Notes: generated from the letters alone by a model not told the origin. 32,000 nt of DNA from Cylindrospermopsis raciborskii Cr2010 (GCF_003367075.2 NZ_CP065936.1:1470001-1502000); one strand, 5' to 3'. Positions 1 through 7,650 are shown, counted from the first letter of the stretch. Numbers and translations: made by a program.

Positions 1-428
1 TATGAAACCCAACACCCCCATGGGTTACGCTCCTACTTATGATTTAAGGAATATTAGCGAGAAGGAAGCTGCTCCTGCTAGTGGAGACTTGGACTACTAA
101 TCCCTAATGTGGGGGAAGATTTGACACCTTCCCCCAAGTGGGTAAGTGGAATTAAATATAAGATGAACGTAGGTTGGGTTGAAGTATGAAACCCAACACC
201 CCCATGGGTTACGCTCCTGCTTATGATTTAAGGAATATTAGCGAGAAGGAAGCTGCTCCTGCTAGTGGAGACTTGGACTACTAATCCCTAATGTGGGGGA
301 AGATTTGACACCTTCCCCCAAGTGGGTAAGTGGAATTAAATATAAGATGAACGTAGGTTGGGTTGAAGTATGAAACCCAACACCCCCATGGGTTACGCTC
401 CTGCTTATGATTTAAGGAATATTAGCGG
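1..428. repeat. 184-bp tandem repeat, 2 full copies (1-184, 185-368) plus a partial third (369-~428); may continue upstream of the window
   Basis: Copies 1 and 2 differ at a single position (a35 vs g219). Each unit contains the hairpins GGGGGAAG-N9-CTTCCCCC and GTTGGGTT-N10-AACCCAAC. The partial third copy runs into the stop codon of the minus-strand ORF ending at 422. Confidence 0.9.
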
Positions 429-1087
429 GATAGCACCAGATTGCTAGTTAATGTAATAGCCAAATCCTGTTCTGGGCGTAGAACAAACACATCAGCCCTG
501 TTTTTTCTCAGTAACACACTGGCTAAAGCGCCCGCTGCTGCACCACCAATGGGTTCTAAAACCTCCACCTTTTTATTACCAGTGACCAGAGCTATCAAGG
601 TTGCAGCACCAGCACCAATAGCAGCATCGGTTAGAATTTGACCAGTGTTACTTCCCTTAGTGATGGTTTCAGTTTTAGTGATGGTTCTGGAGTTGGCACT
701 AATTGGTTGGGTTTTACCATTAGGAAACACCAATTCTGTAGCGACGAATCTTACCCCCCTTCTATTATTGCCACCTAAATTAACCGGTGTCAATTCTCCT
801 GTTACCTCGCTATTAGCAGGGATTAAGATATTTCTATTACTATCCATAATATCATTAGCTATTCTCAGGGTCAGGGGTATTCTTTCCCCTGGTTGGAGAA
901 TTATTTTTTCTTTTTCATAGGTTACAGGTAGGGTCACATTAGCTGGAATGGTAATCGTGCGCGGTTGGTTAAAGTTAAATTGTGCTTGAGCAGGATTAGG
1001 GTAGATCCAGGGAATAACAGCCCCTGTGTTAATGGCTATGGTCATTAATGCAGCAGCAGTTGATTTCCAAGTTATTAGACCACTCAT
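422..1087 (-). CDS. secreted hypothetical protein with a C-terminal glycine-zipper segment
   Basis: 221-aa ORF. N-terminal signal-like hydrophobic stretch ends in AQAQ. C-terminal Gly/Ala-rich stretch (AAIGAGAATLIALVTG...IGGAAAGALASVLL). The overlapping plus-strand ORFs are shadows of it. No family recognised with certainty. Confidence 0.65.
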   Translation of the reverse strand: MSGLITWKSTAAALMTIAINTGAVIPWIYPNPAQAQFNFNQPRTITIPANVTLPVTYEKEKIILQPGERIPLTLRIANDIMDSNRNILIPANSEVTGELTPVNLGGNNRRGVRFVATELVFPNGKTQPISANSRTITKTETITKGSNTGQILTDAAIGAGAATLIALVTGNKKVEVLEPIGGAAAGALASVLLRKNRADVFVLRPEQDLAITLTSNLVLSR

Positions 1088-1149
1088 AAGATATTACCAA
1101 TAATTGTCTTGGATAGTATGACCTAATCCTGGCAAAATAGGTTCCAAAT

Positions 1150-1175
1150 AATAACCCGCCCTAGGGCGGGTTATT
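1150..1175 (-). terminator. GC-rich palindromic hairpin downstream of the porin gene
   Basis: AATAACCCGCC-CTAG-GGCGGGTTATT is a perfect 11-bp stem lying 34 nt after the porin stop. A short T-tract follows on the minus strand (TTATTT). Confidence 0.6.
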
Positions 1176-1208
1176 AGAGTTTAACAGGTTACTAAGTCAA
1201 TGTTGAGC

Positions 1209-2843
1209 TTAGAAGCTGAAGGTGGTACGCAGTGTACCTACATAGATATTGGGGTTATTTTTGTTGTGTTCAGGATCTAGGATGACTAACACACCTGGGG
1301 TAATGAGAACGTTGTCAGAAACTTTGATTTTATACAAGCCTTCTACGTGTAAGGAAGTATCAGTTTCTCCGTTTATATTAGTACCTCCACTCTTACCGCC
1401 AGTGAATTTGGGAGGTTGACCGAAGACGAAACCAAGGGTGTTGCCTTCTCTCAGGAAGTCTTTAATTGCCACATTACCAGCCCAGTACCACACATCTCCA
1501 CTGGTGGGAGTACCTCCCAAGGTGCTCACAGTTGTGTAGCCTGCCCAACCACCTAATGAAATGCTAGGAGTAGCTTTTAGGTTCAATGCCACACCGTAGT
1601 TACTGGTTTCGACTTTTCCATTTAATCTTGCATTTAATGTTGTACCTACAGTACCTACAGCAGCACCACCACCAGTACTGTCAAACCCACCACTAAACCC
1701 ACCAGATGTTTGGTAAACATGGGCGTAGGTTAATCCGAGATTGATAGCCTGATTCGGCTTAAACGCCAACTGACCAATAATGGTACTGTCGCCCTCAAAA
1801 AGTCCTTTATTGGGACCCGGGTCAGACGCAGTAGCACTACCTCTAGCATAGTAACCAGCACCCAGGGTGATAGCGTCATTAGCTTTGAGGTTCAGTGCGA
1901 TACCAGATCCACCACGAGCTTGACGATAGATGGGACTAAAACGTCCGTAACGGGAGATGGAACCTGATCCACTGCTCTTAAAGTCAGGGTTAAAGGCTTC
2001 AAAGTTGTCATCTAGGTCAGCACCTATGGCATCAACCTTCACACTAAGATTGGGAAGGGGGTTGAAGGCGTAGTTGAGTTTATCAACTGAAAGCGCGTTA
2101 TCCGCAGTGCTGTCATAACCCAAACGAGCCATGTTAGTACCCGTGCCACCTGCAGCAGCATTGCTAGCTAGACTGCGAATATTCCCAGCATTTAACCTAG
2201 TTTGCAACTTATCCTTACCGCTAAAGCTGCTTTCCAAAGTCAACCTTACCCGGTCAGAGAACGTGAAGTTGGAATTAATTTTCTCGGTACCGCCAGCTAC
2301 ACGGTCTCCAAAAGCTTGGGTAAGACCAAAAATAGCTTCACCCTTCAACTTGGTGGTGGTGGAGAACTGATTAGCTTCCAACTCACCAGTACGTGCTTCC
2401 AACGCATCAACTTGACCACGGAGAGTAGCCAATTCAGCGGAAAATTCTTCTTGTAAACGCTGTAAGGTGGCCAAATCTTCTCTTTTAACTGCATCAGCCG
2501 TTGAAGAAGCAATTAGCTCACTAACTCTTTCTAAACAAGCGTTTAAACTAGCCGCGAATTCAAAGCGGTTTAGGGTGCGGTTACCACGGAATGTACCATC
2601 GGGATAACCAGAAATACAATTATAACGCTCAACTAAGGATTGCAATGCTTGGAACGCCCAATCTCTTGGCTGGACGTCACGAAACTGAGAAACAGAAGTT
2701 GTTTGACTAATCTTATCAGACGACAATTGAGCAACGCTGGTGGTTGGCTCTTTCACTTCATTTGCTAATACGCTGTTGGCAGAAAGGATGGTAGCTGCAA
2801 CAACCGGACTCACTCTGAGAACACTCCAAAATAGTTTTGTCAT
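1209..2843 (-). CDS. outer-membrane porin, SLH domain + coiled coil + OprB-like beta-barrel (cyanobacterial SomA/iron-uptake-porin type)
   Basis: Signal peptide MTKLFWSVLRVSPVVAATILSANSVLA. SLH motif (DWAFQALQSLVERYNCISGYPDGTFRGNRTLNRFEFA). Coiled coil (LQRLQEEFSAELATLRGQVDALEARTGELE). Gly/Ser/Thr-rich beta-strand region ending in a terminal Phe (TTFSF). The ORF track starts at a GTG at 2861; the ATG at 2843 is preferred. Confidence 0.9.
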   Translation of the reverse strand: MTKLFWSVLRVSPVVAATILSANSVLANEVKEPTTSVAQLSSDKISQTTSVSQFRDVQPRDWAFQALQSLVERYNCISGYPDGTFRGNRTLNRFEFAASLNACLERVSELIASSTADAVKREDLATLQRLQEEFSAELATLRGQVDALEARTGELEANQFSTTTKLKGEAIFGLTQAFGDRVAGGTEKINSNFTFSDRVRLTLESSFSGKDKLQTRLNAGNIRSLASNAAAGGTGTNMARLGYDSTADNALSVDKLNYAFNPLPNLSVKVDAIGADLDDNFEAFNPDFKSSGSGSISRYGRFSPIYRQARGGSGIALNLKANDAITLGAGYYARGSATASDPGPNKGLFEGDSTIIGQLAFKPNQAINLGLTYAHVYQTSGGFSGGFDSTGGGAAVGTVGTTLNARLNGKVETSNYGVALNLKATPSISLGGWAGYTTVSTLGGTPTSGDVWYWAGNVAIKDFLREGNTLGFVFGQPPKFTGGKSGGTNINGETDTSLHVEGLYKIKVSDNVLITPGVLVILDPEHNKNNPNIYVGTLRTTFSF

Positions 2844-2962
2844 GTTTTTACCTTTTCTCACACCTAAAGAAAATCAGGAAGATTTAAATCCCTATCATCA
2901 AATCCATTGATGGTTCGGGGAATTTACATATCATACCCTTACTGACTACTATACACTATTTT

Positions 2963-2974
2963 TGTTCCGGAACA
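2963..2974. promoter_or_regulatory. perfect 12-bp palindrome TGTTCCGGAACA, candidate operator upstream of the porin gene
   Basis: Exact dyad symmetry. It lies 120 bp upstream of the porin ATG and 54 bp downstream of the Crp/Fnr-family gene stop. The TGT-N6-ACA layout resembles Crp-family half sites. Confidence 0.3.
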
Positions 2975-3027
2975 CAAATTATAAATTTTAATTTTTTATA
3001 GCCTTGGCTATCTCCAAGCCAGAATGG

Positions 3028-3603
3028 CTATTCTACCTGGCTCAACCGGAGAATAATACTGCGTTTGTGACGTGATATTTTTCCCTGGACCTCAAATTTC
3101 TGCAACAGTCTGGTAATTGTCACCCTGGTTGTGTTCAACACCTCTGAAATATCTTGATGGGTCAGGTTCAAATCAATCAACTTGCCCTGTTCCAAATCCC
3201 TACCAAATTTATCCCCTAACCACAGCAAAAAATGCCACAATCTTAACGACGTGGGCTTACAATGCAAAATATGTAAAATTTGTTCTGTCTGTTGAATGTG
3301 GGATAGCAAGCACTCAATGTGTTCATGCCACAAATGGGGAGGTATGATTGTTGCTTCTACACTAGTTAAACACTGAATTTGATAAGGTGTGACTTTTGAC
3401 AAAGCATGACCAGTAATATCTCCAGGTCCCCAGTAACCTAGGGTAATACCCGTGCCCTCTTCATTCCAGGTCAAGGTGCGCACTACACCACGCTCAATCC
3501 GCCACAGAACATCATTTCTGACCGGAATGATTGAGTGCTGGGTGAGTATCTGTTGCGGCAAATGCTTTCTTGGTAGATGGATGATATTTTCAGTAGGGTT
3601 CAT
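3028..3603 (-). CDS. Crp/Fnr-family transcriptional regulator
   Basis: 191 aa. N-terminal cNMP-binding-like beta-roll (LWRIERGVVRTLTWNEEGTGITLGYWGPGDI). C-terminal HTH (LTHQDISEVLNTTRVTITRLLQKFEVQGKI). Confidence 0.85.
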   Translation of the reverse strand: MNPTENIIHLPRKHLPQQILTQHSIIPVRNDVLWRIERGVVRTLTWNEEGTGITLGYWGPGDITGHALSKVTPYQIQCLTSVEATIIPPHLWHEHIECLLSHIQQTEQILHILHCKPTSLRLWHFLLWLGDKFGRDLEQGKLIDLNLTHQDISEVLNTTRVTITRLLQKFEVQGKISRHKRSIILRLSQVE

Positions 3604-3918
3604 TGCCAGAAATGCCAGAAGGGGTTATTAGTAAAGGTTAGTTACTGCAATGTTAAATAGTGACATCTTAATAATTGTTAGACTTTATAATCAGTTATTA
3701 AGCTCTACAAGCTTTAGCTATATGGTTTAAAGGCAATTTTAAGAGCCTATCACCCTTTGGCTAAAGCCGTAACATATTGTTTGACAATATCTGACTACAA
3801 TAGCAAAGATTAATAATTAAAAGGTTAAGAATGAGTTATCATCTGGTAAAAAATTGAACCCAGCTTAAGACCCCCAAGGGTAAGCTGTCGTGCAGGTAAT
3901 AATTTATTGATCGAGCGC

Positions 3919-3944
3919 AAAACCCCATCCCCTTGTGGGTGGGG
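3919..3944 (-). terminator. intrinsic-terminator-like hairpin (minus-strand reading)
   Basis: Minus strand reads CCCCACCC-ACAAGG-GGATGGGG followed by TTTTG. A second weaker hairpin (3863-3885, GCTTA..CCC-TTGG-GGG..TAAGC) followed by a T6 run lies further downstream on the same strand. Confidence 0.45.
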
Positions 3945-3966
3945 CGGTTGACTTTGACAATCGTCT

Positions 3967-4035
3967 AGTATTGTCCGCCATCGGTTGACCGTCACTTTCT
4001 GGGTAGACAATTTCAGGCGTCTTTGCACCCTGATG
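3967..4035 (-). pseudogene. N-terminal remnant of a Uma2-family (DUF820) endonuclease gene
   Basis: The minus strand translates to ...AKTPEIVYPESDGQPMADNT, matching the characteristic YP(D/E)SDGxPMA(D/E)NT N-terminal motif of Uma2 proteins. Similarity stops abruptly after ADNT (3967) and the rest of the gene is absent. Confidence 0.5.
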
Positions 4036-4041
4036 AATGTC

Positions 4042-4076
4042 ACGTAATAAGGTTGTTTCCAACAGCCTTATTACGT
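4042..4076. repeat. 35-nt inverted repeat forming a 16-bp stem with a 3-nt loop
   Basis: ACGTAATAAGGTTGTT-TCC-AACAGCCTTATTACGT has 16 pairs including one G-U. Its right arm overlaps the first 2 nt of CRISPR-like repeat R1. Confidence 0.8.
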
Positions 4077-4264
4077 CACAACACCTATTCCTTCTTACGA
4101 AGGTCAAGACTATTTAAGTCTAATGCGGATGTGTTTGTGGCTGGGGGGTTTCTAGTCGCAATACCTATTCCTTCTTAAGAAGGTCAGGACACTACCATAA
4201 CACACCTTTTTTTGGTTGTCAACCAATTGTCGCAATACCTATTCCTTCTTACGAAGGTCAAGCT
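4075..4264 (-). CRISPR. cas-less CRISPR-like mini-array, 3 repeats of 36 nt and 2 spacers (44 and 38 nt)
   Basis: R1 4075-4110 GTCACAACACCTATTCCTTCTTACGAAGGTCAAGAC. R2 4155-4190 GTCGCAATACCTATTCCTTCTTAAGAAGGTCAGGAC. R3 4229-4264 GTCGCAATACCTATTCCTTCTTACGAAGGTCAAGCT. Internal palindrome CCTTC-TTAC-GAAGG. The spacers are unrelated to each other. Strand is tentative: on the minus strand the repeat ends ATTGCGAC, resembling the AUUGAAAC/G-type 8-nt tag. Confidence 0.6.
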
Positions 4265-4772
4265 TACGTACAGCAGAAGAAGTGCCAACCGTTTTTTGTT
4301 GACCTTCGCACTTTCTTCGTTAATTACTGATTTTTCTGTCCAAAGATAGATGTAACTATTCCTATAGACAGAAGACAAAGTTTTTATTACCAGGTTAATA
4401 TTATATTTAACCAGAACCCTAACCTATCATTACAAAACAAATAACCAAAGGGGGATCTAAAACAATTGGTATTCATCGAACCAGAACCCACCCAATTCCT
4501 GCCACTACAGCAGCAACTATACCCAGACCCTAACCTACCCACTGAAAATCCTGGTTTCGCCATCCATCCAGTTACCGGAGAATGGCAAGATGTGGATGGC
4601 GCTGTAGGGAGATTAGATTTGAGAGTGTACCTCTGGACAATGTGGAACCCTATCCCCTGAATGGCCAGCAATCATGGCAAGTATATGGGGAGAACGTAAG
4701 GGCTTTAAGCGTGCAATGGCAAGCCTCACCCAACTTACGTTCATGTTTAATTCCAATTTTATGCTTATAAAT

Positions 4773-5807
4773 ATGCCATTACAAGAAATATCACACTTTA
4801 AAAATAAAATTATCTTTGGTGATAACTTATCTGTTCTTAAACAAATAGAAAATGATACTTTTGATTTAATTATTACCTCACCTCCATATTTTCAGCAGCG
4901 TAATTATGGCAATGGTGATTTAGAAATCGGTAATGAATCCACAGAAGCAGAATATTTAAACAATATACTAACTGTTTTTCAAGAATGTGTAAGAGTTTTG
5001 AAAAGCACAGGAGCAATAGTTTTTAATTTGGGAGATAAATATATTAATGGAAGTTTATCCCTCATACCTTATAAATTTGCTATTCAAGCTACTGAAAATA
5101 ATAATATTTTTTTGATTAATCAGATTACTTGGTCAAAACTTAACCCTACACCACGTCAGGATAAAAAAAAGTTAATACAAGCTACAGAACCTTTTTTCAT
5201 ATTTGCTAAATCTAAAGATTACTATTTTAATCTAGATAATTATTTACAACATTTAGATACATTCAATAAAACAGCAAAAACTAAACCATCAGATAAATTA
5301 GGTAAAAAATACCTGGAATTAATTAAAAATTCTGACTCGAGTGCAGAACAAAAAGCAAATGCCATTAAAGCATTAAACGAGGCAATTTCAGCAGTGCATA
5401 ATGGCGACATTGAAGGATTTAGAATGAAAATAAACGGCGTGCATAAATTGGCTTATGGTGGTCAAAATGGAGGTAGAAATAACCAAATCAAAAATAATGG
5501 ATTTACTATTATTAGAATTTTAGGAAATGCCATGAAAAAGGATATTATAGAAAGTCCGGTAGAAGTAACTAAAAATAATCATCATCCAGCAGTTTATCCT
5601 TTATATATTATTCAGGAACTTATTAAGTTATTAAGTAAAGAAGGAGATTTTGTCCTTGATCCTTTTTGTGGTAGTGGTACAACTTGTTTAGCAGCTAAAA
5701 ATTTAAATCGTCATTATTTAGGAATTGAAATCAATCCTGATTATGTTAATCTAGCTAATAGTCGTATGGCAGAATCTAATTTTCAACAACAGGAATTATT
5801 TATATAA
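4773..5807 (+). CDS. beta-class N4-cytosine/N6-adenine DNA methyltransferase (N6_N4_Mtase type), apparently orphan
   Basis: Motif IV DLIITSPPY lies near the N-terminus and motif I VLDPFCGSGTT near the C-terminus, which is the beta-class order. The gene is visibly more AT-rich than its flanks. The ORF track begins at 4674, but composition and MTase similarity begin at the ATG at 4773 (MPLQEISHFKNKIIFGDNL). Confidence 0.85.
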   Translation: MPLQEISHFKNKIIFGDNLSVLKQIENDTFDLIITSPPYFQQRNYGNGDLEIGNESTEAEYLNNILTVFQECVRVLKSTGAIVFNLGDKYINGSLSLIPYKFAIQATENNNIFLINQITWSKLNPTPRQDKKKLIQATEPFFIFAKSKDYYFNLDNYLQHLDTFNKTAKTKPSDKLGKKYLELIKNSDSSAEQKANAIKALNEAISAVHNGDIEGFRMKINGVHKLAYGGQNGGRNNQIKNNGFTIIRILGNAMKKDIIESPVEVTKNNHHPAVYPLYIIQELIKLLSKEGDFVLDPFCGSGTTCLAAKNLNRHYLGIEINPDYVNLANSRMAESNFQQQELFI

Positions 5808-5834
5808 GCAGAAGTTTTGAATGTTAAAAATATC

Positions 5835-5904
5835 GGTTCTAGAATAGAATCGGTAAGGTTATTTTTTAAAAACTTCACCATGGCTAAACACTTTAACACT
5901 GCTG
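5835..5904 (+). pseudogene. remnant (upstream region + first 8 codons) of a paralog of the AAA-ATPase gene at 30658
   Basis: GGTTCTAGAATAGAATCGGTAAGGTTATTTTTTAAAAACT..TCACCATGGCTAAACACTTTAACACTGCTG aligns with 30609-30682 apart from small indels (MAKHFNTA vs MPKHFNTA). Similarity ends after codon 8. Confidence 0.6.
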
Positions 5905-6007
5905 TTACATCAATTACAGTGGCACCCGTTATCAAAGTTATGTCCCTATTCAAAAGACAAGGTGTGCTTAGGCGATCGCTTCAACTCTATAATAGAAGCA
6001 ATCAACG

Positions 6008-7606
6008 TTACAGGTATAAGTTATGATAACAATCCACAATTTTCGCCGTTACCTCCTCCGCACTGAGTCCATCAGTTTCTATTTCTAACGCGTCTGACGC
6101 TTTTCTCAAAGGGGAAATCTTTCTGGTGCTATCTTTTTCGTCCCTTTCCTGAATCTCTTGCTTCAACTGCTCTAAACTCACTTCGCCTCGCCCCTGTTTA
6201 ATAAAGTCTTGCTGGCGACGACGGGCCCGCTCCTCTACTGAAGCTGTAAGAAATATTTTTACTTCCGCATCAGGAAAAACATTAGTACCAATGTCTCTCC
6301 CTTCAGCGACTAAACCCCCTTTCTCACCCCATTTTTGCTGTTCTCTCACTAGGAACTGACGAACCGCACTTTGACCAGATACACCTGATACTTTTGCTGT
6401 TACTTCTCCACTGCGTATCTCTTTGGTAACATTATGATTGTTTATCCATACCTCTAGCGGAATTTCTGGATTTTCCGTGGCAATCAGTTCTATTTTACAC
6501 TCTCTCGCTAAACAGGCGATCGCCTGTTCATCTTCAGGATCAGTGCCGGTTTGTAACACTAACCAGGTTATGGCTCTATACATAGCTCCTGTATCTAAAT
6601 ACACTAGCCCTAACTGTGTTGCCACTTGTTTAGCTACAGTAGATTTACCAGCACCAGCGGGACCGTCAATGGCGATAATTGGTTGTCTAGTCTTCACATC
6701 AGATAAAATTGTGTTGTCAATTAGTCTTGTATTACCAATGCGGGCTGCGATCGCCAACATTCCTTCTTCCTGAATTTCGTTTAAAGGCATTAGTGTACTT
6801 GGTTCAACTAATTCAATATATTCCACGTAGATATTCGTAGATTTTGCTATTTCAGCTTGGACTATTCCTAGAAGCTGATCACTATGGCGAATACCAGATT
6901 TGAAAGCTGTCTTGGCTTCAACTAAGCTTTGATGCAATAAGACAGCTTGCTCTTTTTCGGTGTCAGTCAAATACTGATTACGAGAACTCAAAGCTAAACC
7001 TGAAGCTTCTCGTACTGTTGGACAAGCAACAATTTCTATAGGAAAATTCAAGTCAGCCACTAGGCGTTTAATAATAGCTAGTTGCTGACCATCCTTGTTT
7101 CCAAAGTAAGCTCGATCTGGTTGTACCACATTAAATAGTTTGGTGACAATAGTCGTCACACCTTGAAAGTGTCCTGGTCGATAACTAGCACATAAACCGT
7201 TAATCATACCAGATGGAGGCAAAACTTGTGTAACCTGATTTTCTTGTTTGCCAGAAATTCCCATTTCTTCAGGACTAGGTGCAAAAATAACATCTACTCC
7301 CGCTTGTTCACAAAGTAATTTATCCTGATCTAAAGTCCGAGGGTAACGTTGATAATCTTCCTGAGGTCCAAATTGAAGCGGATTAACAAAAACACTGACT
7401 ACTACCGTATGGTTTTCTTCTCTAGCCCTTTGAATTAGGCTTAAATGACCTATATGAAGTGCGCCCATGGTAGGCACTAACCCAACAGGAGTAGGAAACC
7501 ACTGAGCTTGTTCACTCAATAATTGAGTATTATTTTTATTATTTGTTTGCTGACGACGCTCCTGTAGGCAACATCGTAAACTTGATATAGTTGTTAGTAC
7601 ACGCAC
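6008..7606 (-). CDS. panC/cmk: bifunctional pantoate--beta-alanine ligase / cytidylate kinase
   Basis: 532 aa. PanC HIGH-type motif PTMGALHIGHLSL in the N-terminal half. Cmk P-loop IAIDGPAGAGKST in the C-terminal half. This fusion is typical of cyanobacteria. Confidence 0.95.
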   Translation of the reverse strand: MRVLTTISSLRCCLQERRQQTNNKNNTQLLSEQAQWFPTPVGLVPTMGALHIGHLSLIQRAREENHTVVVSVFVNPLQFGPQEDYQRYPRTLDQDKLLCEQAGVDVIFAPSPEEMGISGKQENQVTQVLPPSGMINGLCASYRPGHFQGVTTIVTKLFNVVQPDRAYFGNKDGQQLAIIKRLVADLNFPIEIVACPTVREASGLALSSRNQYLTDTEKEQAVLLHQSLVEAKTAFKSGIRHSDQLLGIVQAEIAKSTNIYVEYIELVEPSTLMPLNEIQEEGMLAIAARIGNTRLIDNTILSDVKTRQPIIAIDGPAGAGKSTVAKQVATQLGLVYLDTGAMYRAITWLVLQTGTDPEDEQAIACLARECKIELIATENPEIPLEVWINNHNVTKEIRSGEVTAKVSGVSGQSAVRQFLVREQQKWGEKGGLVAEGRDIGTNVFPDAEVKIFLTASVEERARRRQQDFIKQGRGEVSLEQLKQEIQERDEKDSTRKISPLRKASDALEIETDGLSAEEVTAKIVDCYHNLYL

Positions 7607-7650
7607 AAAATTCCTTTAAAGTGTTCTGGTATAGCTGATAATCTCCAATG

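Noticed and set aside
441-2456. Plus-strand ORFs 441-641, 645-920, 2131-2370 and 2202-2456
   Set aside because: They are shadow ORFs wholly inside longer minus-strand genes that have clear protein features.
3915-3958. Resemblance of CCCCATCCCCTTGTGGGTGGGGCGGTTGAC to the 3' half of Cas12k (type V-K CAST) repeats (..GGGGCGGGTTGAAAG, recalled from memory)
   Set aside because: It is a single copy, with no cas12k, tnsB/C or tniQ in the window. The same sequence reads more simply as a minus-strand intrinsic terminator (stem + TTTT). Only a genome-wide search would justify revisiting it.
4075-4264. Alternative reading of the three 36-nt repeats as spaced transposase-binding sites of a Tn7-like transposon end
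   Set aside because: There is no terminal TGT..ACA end motif, no transposase genes and no matching opposite end in the window. The internal palindrome and 38-44-nt unique spacers fit CRISPR geometry better. This reading is not fully excluded.
3904-4378. ORFs 3904-4107 (67 aa) and 4184-4378 (64 aa) on the minus strand, plus 3825-4043
   Set aside because: Both contain the peptide LTFVRRNR(C/Y)CD, which is simply the translated 36-nt repeat. The only protein-like part is the short Uma2 stump. They are not genes.
4445-4660. Plus-strand ORF (track 4466-4660, TTG start) encoding ...EPEPTQFLPLQQQLYPDPNLPTENPGF...
   Set aside because: No ATG start or RBS and no recognisable domain. It overlaps degenerate nucleotide repeats and an equally long antisense ORF. 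It is probably a fragment or noise. The region is noted in the islet finding only.
4674-4772. N-terminal 33-codon extension of the methyltransferase ORF
   Set aside because: Composition switches from ~48% GC to AT-rich at about 4760. MTase similarity starts at MPLQEISHF (4773). The extension overlaps the higher-GC fragment upstream and is probably read-through of unrelated sequence.
5817-6026. 69-aa ORF downstream of the methyltransferase (possible restriction partner)
   Set aside because: It is far too small for an endonuclease. It is a chimera: residues 22-29 (MAKHFNTA) are the ATPase-gene stump and the rest runs into the panC/cmk 3' end on the opposite strand.
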